A stretch of 20,000 nt of DNA from an uncultured virus (IMG/VR IMGVR_UViG_3300042389_000736). Taxonomy: Duplodnaviria; Heunggongvirae; Uroviricota; Caudoviricetes. The stretch spans positions 57,987-77,986 of the IMG/VR virus record IMGVR_UViG_3300042389_000736; one strand, given 5' to 3'. Below the pieces are notes generated by a model that was given only the letters and a program-made list of their open reading frames with translations, made no database searches and was not told where the DNA came from. Below are positions 14,962 through 20,000 of the stretch, one piece after another. Made by a program: the position numbers and the translations under genes. Each line of letters opens with the position of its first letter. Positions within the stretch are counted from its first letter, which is position 1.

Positions 14962-15645
14962 ATGAACCTACAAGAGGTCATGGACGCATCCAGACTTGAT
15001 ATACCACCAGCTAGGACGCAGATGGCGATGAGGGACGGCACCGAGGTGCTGGTCGTCCACTACCCTCTGCGGTCGTACGCCATGACCGCGAAGCCCTACG
15101 TCCACCACGCCAACGCTCTGAGACAGTTCCTCCAGAAGAGGATCACCGAGGAGTGGATGAAGCTGGGTCTCGTCGACTCGGTAGTTGGAGCGACTGACGA
15201 CGCAGATCATCCGGCAGAGTCGAAGTGGGTACGCTTCCAAGCAAACAATTTCGGAGTGACCGGGGTAATCAGTCGGGATGGCCTCGGCAATTTCACTGGT
15301 AAGATCGGCGTGGAAGTGAGCGTATGGCTCAGAGCGCCTTGGCTCCACCGGATGATGCTCGATTTCCCGCTGTTCTCCGACATGCTGATGATCTCGGCGA
15401 CCGGGGACGAGTTCCCGGAGGGGACCAAGGAGGAAGACCGCAAGCCCATGCTGACGCTGGTCGCCAGTGAGCTCCTCGAAGACATCTCTTACATGGAAGA
15501 GTTCTGCATCGACTTCTTCCACGAGTACAGCCTGTTCAGGCAGGCGACCAATGGGGCCGAGAAGGCCATCCAGTGGCACATCAACAAACTCATCAAGGAA
15601 AGGATGAAACAATGTCATCGTACAAAGAGATCGTCAAGGCGCTAG
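14962..15645 (+). CDS. Hypothetical protein
   Basis: ORF with an AAGGGG RBS before ATG 14962 (the track start at 14932 overlaps the terminator). Confidence 0.7.
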   Translation: MNLQEVMDASRLDIPPARTQMAMRDGTEVLVVHYPLRSYAMTAKPYVHHANALRQFLQKRITEEWMKLGLVDSVVGATDDADHPAESKWVRFQANNFGVTGVISRDGLGNFTGKIGVEVSVWLRAPWLHRMMLDFPLFSDMLMISATGDEFPEGTKEEDRKPMLTLVASELLEDISYMEEFCIDFFHEYSLFRQATNGAEKAIQWHINKLIKERMKQCHRTKRSSRR

Positions 15646-16310
15646 GCTCCGACCCCAGCCTAGCGAATGCCGTGATGAACGCGATCCACATGCGCAGCGG
15701 CGGGACTTCTCCGACGATCAAGTTCAACTGCGACGTCGACGACATGAAGTACATCATGCTAGGCGACGACTTCCTAGTGGACAAGCAGCGGCTCTCCGAG
15801 CTGATTGACCAGGGCCGGATCAAGGTCTTCGTGGAGGACGCCGTCTCCATGATCCTAGAGCAGCTGGAGGGAGAGAAGACCCTCCAGCCGGGGTACGTCT
15901 TCCCCCACTACGACGACCCGGAGAACGACGAGCGTTCCGACATCGAGACCCAGAGTCCCTACGTCGTGGTCACCAGCGAGGTGTGGTACCCGCCCCCGGC
16001 ACCGAGGCAGGCGGAGGTCCGCTGGGAGCACAAGTGCTTCTTCGACATCGACGACGACGCGTTCAAGAGGAACCGCTTTCTTCTCGAAGCGGTGGCCTGC
16101 TGCGTGGGGATGGACTTCTGCCCGGACAACTCGTGGGAGGACCGCCAGAGGATCCTGACCCTCTACGGCGGCGCGTTCAAGACTTCGAGGCTGACCGTCC
16201 TCGGTAGGGTGCTGGTCTCGTTCGAGCCCTTCAGGAGGGCGTTCGAGGCGATCAACCCCACGGTCAACAAGATCCTTGAAGAGATCAAGGAAAAGAAACT
16301 TTCTTACTGA
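15612..16310 (+). CDS. Hypothetical protein (possible paralog family member)
   Basis: ATG 15612 with an AAGGA RBS; 232 aa, acidic. Confidence 0.7.
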   Translation: MSSYKEIVKALGSDPSLANAVMNAIHMRSGGTSPTIKFNCDVDDMKYIMLGDDFLVDKQRLSELIDQGRIKVFVEDAVSMILEQLEGEKTLQPGYVFPHYDDPENDERSDIETQSPYVVVTSEVWYPPPAPRQAEVRWEHKCFFDIDDDAFKRNRFLLEAVACCVGMDFCPDNSWEDRQRILTLYGGAFKTSRLTVLGRVLVSFEPFRRAFEAINPTVNKILEEIKEKKLSY

Positions 16311-16321
16311 GAGGAACCATA

Positions 16322-17698
16322 ATGAGCAAGAAGAACTTCACGGCAGTGCGCGAGGGCAACTCCCTCAAGGTCATGTGCGACGGTGTAGAGATCCTAGACA
16401 CGACGTGCGACCGCTTCGGGATCGAGCTCAACACCTACGACATCGCGCTGATGACGACCAAAGTGGACCTCTCCCCGAAGGACGTCGCCGAGATGCTGAA
16501 GGTCATCAAGAACGTCTATGATCCGGGTAAGAAGGAGATCCCTCCTTACAAGGCATCGCTCTTCCGCAACGGGGAGCACGTCACTCACGTCAAGTCCGGA
16601 GACGTCTACGTCGTAGTCGGCACTCCCTCCGACGGCTACATCATCGAGGAGACTCTGGAGCACGCCTACTGCTACAAGAAGCTCAAGCCAAAGAACATCG
16701 CCGAGATGAATCGCAAGTGGATCCGCTCCCAGACGAAGATGGAGGACGGTCGCTTCGTCTCCGGGTCCACCGAGAAGGCGCAAGAGGGCGTGTTGCAGGG
16801 CAACCCCTGTGGAGAAGTACTGATCCCGGCTTCTTCAGACCACCGGCTCATGAGCACGTCACCGATGGGCGTCGGAACTTACTCTCAGGAGCAGATCGAC
16901 TCTCACAATGCGTTAATGAAAAATTTACAGGAAAAAGCAATGAAAAGCGTTTGCGATACATCTTCGTTATCAGATCTGAAAAAGTTTCTCGATGATCACC
17001 TGACTGAAGCGATGTGCTTCGACCCGTTAATGATCTCTTCCGGCTATCCGGCTATCGAAGACTTCAACGAAGCTCTCATCCGTTCCAAGCTCGAAGATTT
17101 CTACCGGGTGGAGGGGGCGAAGCGGTTCGAAGTGAAAGAAATCTCATTCAACAACTTCGAGTATGACCGTTTGCAGAACCGAGTCCGCTTCCGCATCGTC
17201 ATGTCTGTCCAGGGATTCGAGGACTTTTACTGCGACTTCGTGGTGAACAATCTACCTTCGAAGAAGAGCACTGGCGGCTCCACATTCGACGGAGTCCTGA
17301 CCTCCAACGAGATCGAGAGGGCCGCAGACAAGGCGATCGAGATGGGCTACGACGGCAAGGACCGGGAGATCGTCTTCAAGGCGGCGCACGCAGTCGGTCT
17401 GGGGAGCCTGATCCCCTCTCTGCTCAACGAGATGGGGAACGCCGTCCCGAACGTGGTCAGCATCCAGAGAGCAGCGGACCGGAAGCTGGAGGAGAAGAAG
17501 ACTGCGCAGGTTTCCGGGGTTAGCGCCGCAGCCACCTCATCCGGCGACGGCGGGTCCATCTTCGGAGAAGTGCTGGAAGCCGTGGGCGACGTAGCGATGG
17601 GTGCGCTCGACTCGGTGGGCGACGTCTGCTCCGGGATCGGGGAGTGCGCCGGGGAGGTGGTGGGAGGCATCCTTTCCGGGATAGGCGACGGTCTTTGA
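16322..17698 (+). CDS. Multidomain hypothetical protein with a DUF1653-like segment and a Gly-rich C-terminus
   Basis: 458 aa. 'HVKSGDVYVVVG...EETLEHAYCYK...KWIRSQTKMEDGRF' resembles DUF1653-type small domains. GAGGA RBS. Confidence 0.7.
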   Translation: MSKKNFTAVREGNSLKVMCDGVEILDTTCDRFGIELNTYDIALMTTKVDLSPKDVAEMLKVIKNVYDPGKKEIPPYKASLFRNGEHVTHVKSGDVYVVVGTPSDGYIIEETLEHAYCYKKLKPKNIAEMNRKWIRSQTKMEDGRFVSGSTEKAQEGVLQGNPCGEVLIPASSDHRLMSTSPMGVGTYSQEQIDSHNALMKNLQEKAMKSVCDTSSLSDLKKFLDDHLTEAMCFDPLMISSGYPAIEDFNEALIRSKLEDFYRVEGAKRFEVKEISFNNFEYDRLQNRVRFRIVMSVQGFEDFYCDFVVNNLPSKKSTGGSTFDGVLTSNEIERAADKAIEMGYDGKDREIVFKAAHAVGLGSLIPSLLNEMGNAVPNVVSIQRAADRKLEEKKTAQVSGVSAAATSSGDGGSIFGEVLEAVGDVAMGALDSVGDVCSGIGECAGEVVGGILSGIGDGL

Positions 17699-17709
17699 AG
17701 GAGACAGGT

Positions 17710-17901
17710 ATGGTAGACATGGGACAGGCCGACTCCGGCCTATACAGGAAGCCAGTATCGGAGCAGCATGTTATGTGCTGGACTAGGGCCTTGGGGCTTG
17801 CCGCCAAGGAGATGGGGTACGGATCCTACATGGATGTACCGGAGAGAGATGTCGATGCCCTGAAGGAGAGGGCTAGGGACATCCAGAGGGGTAAACAATG
17901 A
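17710..17901 (+). CDS. Small hypothetical protein
   Basis: 63 aa from ATG 17710 with an AAGGAG RBS; ATGA overlap with the next gene. Confidence 0.6.
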   Translation: MVDMGQADSGLYRKPVSEQHVMCWTRALGLAAKEMGYGSYMDVPERDVDALKERARDIQRGKQ

Positions 17902-18113
17902 GCTACGAGAAGCACACCGTCTGCCACACTGCCGAGGACCTGTTCGAGGCACTGAAGGAGATCCCTCAGGGGTACAGAGAGAAGATGGAGCTGCAGTTCG
18001 TGCCAGACGAGGACGTTCCGGACGGAGAGGTACACGTCAACGCGTACTTCGTGGCTTCCTCCGAGACGGACACCGGGTACGAGTCCGGCCTGCAGATCTG
18101 CTCCAACTGCTGA
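17898..18113 (+). CDS. Small acidic hypothetical protein
   Basis: 71 aa with a GAGGGG RBS and an ATGA overlap. Confidence 0.65.
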   Translation: MSYEKHTVCHTAEDLFEALKEIPQGYREKMELQFVPDEDVPDGEVHVNAYFVASSETDTGYESGLQICSNC

Positions 18114-18261
18114 AGTGAGAATCCTAGGAGGGACGAAAAGGTGCCAAAACCAATTTTTCCCTCCAGGATTCTAGTTTAAAAAGTACCAAAATCGCCCTCA
18201 CGGTTGCGGATCGCGCCTGCGAGCATACGATGGCCCCTTCTCGGGGCAGAAAGGAACTATC

Positions 18262-19014
18262 ATGGCATCAATCAAGGATTTACTGAAACGTAGGAAGCAG
18301 GAGCAGGCGCTGTCTGACGACGAGAAGCCGGAGTTCGACATAATGAACTACGACATCCGGGACCAGCTGTTCGACAGGATGGACGCGGTGCTGAAAGTCT
18401 CCCAGAAGTTGCTGATGCCGTACGCCAACGAAGAGATCCGATCTCTGGTGACGCGGTACGGCGCTGACATCCGGGACCAGAAGCCCATATTCACGGTCGA
18501 GGGGGACGCCCACGAGGGCGACCTCACCTCCGTGTACCCGAAGGCCCGTGACGCCCTGTCCAAGAGGATCTGGGCTGGTGCCTACGCCGTCCAACAGTAC
18601 TCGCACATCTCGGAGTTCCTCAAGACTGCGAAGCAGGCGTTCGAGCTGAAGTGCGGCCTACCCGTTCGCGGCTCTCTGGACCGGGTGGAGTTCTACATGG
18701 ATGAAGAGGACCGCGACCACGAACCCGCGATCCCCGAGACGCTGGTCGTTCGTTACGAGGTCTTCTATCCCGAGGAGTTCGACATCCAGTGCCACGCCGT
18801 CATGAGCGAGCTGGACCTGTGCGCCAAGGAAGCCGGTTACTTGGTGGTCGGCTCCACAGACCACATGCAGACGCAGTACGGCACTCGGTACAAGCATCCT
18901 GACCATCCCGAAGAGGAGCTTGCGATAGAGCTGTTCTGCGGAGACGAATTCGACCCGAACGACCCGATACGGGTTAACGCGATCTGGGTCTCGTTCGAGA
19001 TCGAGAACGAATGA
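18262..19014 (+). CDS. Hypothetical protein (possible paralog family member)
   Basis: 250 aa with an AAAGGA RBS. Confidence 0.75.
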   Translation: MASIKDLLKRRKQEQALSDDEKPEFDIMNYDIRDQLFDRMDAVLKVSQKLLMPYANEEIRSLVTRYGADIRDQKPIFTVEGDAHEGDLTSVYPKARDALSKRIWAGAYAVQQYSHISEFLKTAKQAFELKCGLPVRGSLDRVEFYMDEEDRDHEPAIPETLVVRYEVFYPEEFDIQCHAVMSELDLCAKEAGYLVVGSTDHMQTQYGTRYKHPDHPEEELAIELFCGDEFDPNDPIRVNAIWVSFEIENE

Positions 19015-19733
19015 GTCTGGCGCACGACATCGGCACCCCGGCATACATGGCTGTGGTGCTGTTCGACGACGATTACACCACCAACCTGAAGGATCCGTTC
19101 GAGGACCACTCCCACCCCGACTGGAGGGGGAGCAACGTCGACACCCTCATGGGGATCATCGACCGTGGACTGAAGAACGACCGGATGAAGAAGATGGGCA
19201 CCAACCCCGACCCGTTCATGGGAGGTGCCGACTCGGTGGTCGCGGACGTCTTCGGCAGGTCAGAGGACTACGTCGATCCGGGATGGAGCATGGACGTCTT
19301 CATCACTACCGAAGAGGTGCCGGAGATCCACCAGTTCAAGAAGCGTTACTGCTTCGAGTCCTGGACCGAGATACAGTGCTGGATTGCTCTGGAGCGAATC
19401 GGTGAGCTGGCGCTGTCTATGGGGATGGAGCTGGTGACCGACGAGCGGAAGCCTGCCGAGAACCCCAAGGGAGAAGCGATCACTCGCGAGTACCGCGACG
19501 AGGCGCTCGGAGTCACCGCTGCGGTCGTCCTGAAGCTGGACGAGTACAGGGTCAGCGGGTGGCTGAGACAGTTCGACGTAGACAGCGAATCGGTACAGAA
19601 CGAGATCGAGATCTACTGGAGGATCTCGATCGGCAGCGACTTCGGATTTTGCAAGCCGGTGCCGGAGGTTCTGAAGTCCAAGAAGATCAAAAACAAGCTG
19701 GCGCAAGCCCGATTAGAAAGGAAGAAAGTATGA
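19011..19733 (+). CDS. Hypothetical protein (possible paralog family member)
   Basis: 240 aa with ATGA overlaps on both sides. Confidence 0.75.
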   Translation: MSLAHDIGTPAYMAVVLFDDDYTTNLKDPFEDHSHPDWRGSNVDTLMGIIDRGLKNDRMKKMGTNPDPFMGGADSVVADVFGRSEDYVDPGWSMDVFITTEEVPEIHQFKKRYCFESWTEIQCWIALERIGELALSMGMELVTDERKPAENPKGEAITREYRDEALGVTAAVVLKLDEYRVSGWLRQFDVDSESVQNEIEIYWRISIGSDFGFCKPVPEVLKSKKIKNKLAQARLERKKV

Positions 19734-20000
19734 GCTCTGATGACGGAAGGATCCCGCTGTTCGAGCGGGAAGGTTTCATAATCTGTTTCGAGGCTCTGGA
19801 CGAGATGGACTCCGTCCGAGACCACTTCAAGCGGACCGGGATGGAAAAGAAGCAGATCGACTCCCTCCAGCGGAAGCTCGGGAGCGGGAAGGCCGTCTGG
19901 TTCCAAGCGATCGTCTCCGCTTGGAAGGACGGGAGGCAGCTCGGAGAGGCTTCTCTGGGCGGGTGCTTCTACAGCTCCTTCGAGGAGTTCTACAAGACAG
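19730..20000 (+). CDS. Hypothetical phage protein, 3'-truncated by the window
   Basis: ATG 19730 overlaps the previous stop and the frame is open to the end: MSSDDGRIPLFEREGFIICFEALDEMDS...WFQAIVSAWKDGRQLGEASLGGCFYSSFEEFYKT. Confidence 0.7.
   Translation, partial: MSSDDGRIPLFEREGFIICFEALDEMDSVRDHFKRTGMEKKQIDSLQRKLGSGKAVWFQAIVSAWKDGRQLGEASLGGCFYSSFEEFYKT

Noticed and set aside
16797..16822. GNPCGEV resembles the ribonucleotide reductase active-site motif NPCGE
   Set aside because: No other RNR motifs are present and the context is a linker-like region, so it is most likely coincidence.
18190..18250. Possible tRNA in the intergenic regions (also 13495-13610)
   Set aside because: No T-loop GTTCRA and no cloverleaf with an acceptor stem were found.

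Overview
The window looks like a segment of a large (probably jumbo) tailed dsDNA phage genome with moderately high GC and a likely proteobacterial host. The left end (1-3162, + strand) is a structural module: the C-terminus of an Ala-rich virion/tail protein, a probable baseplate or tail-tube-initiator protein, and a clear T4 gp21-type prohead protease. A convergent minus-strand operon (3205-5737) encodes an Acb1 (T4 gp57B-like, anti-CBASS 2H phosphodiesterase) with a long acidic, Cys-motif extension, a stand-alone CheY-like response regulator and two small possible internal head proteins. Divergently transcribed from it is a radical-SAM / nucleotidyltransferase fusion gene. The rest (7.0-20 kb, all + strand) is a dense accessory or early region of small ORFs punctuated by intrinsic terminators. 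It includes an SSB-tail (DDIPF) protein, a Cys-rich TPM-like membrane protein paired with a LemA-like protein, a transglutaminase-like enzyme, a half-size PnuC-like protein, a possible NADAR-like protein, a divergent paralog family and two structured intergenic regions. All family calls come from recognising motifs by eye; no searches were run.
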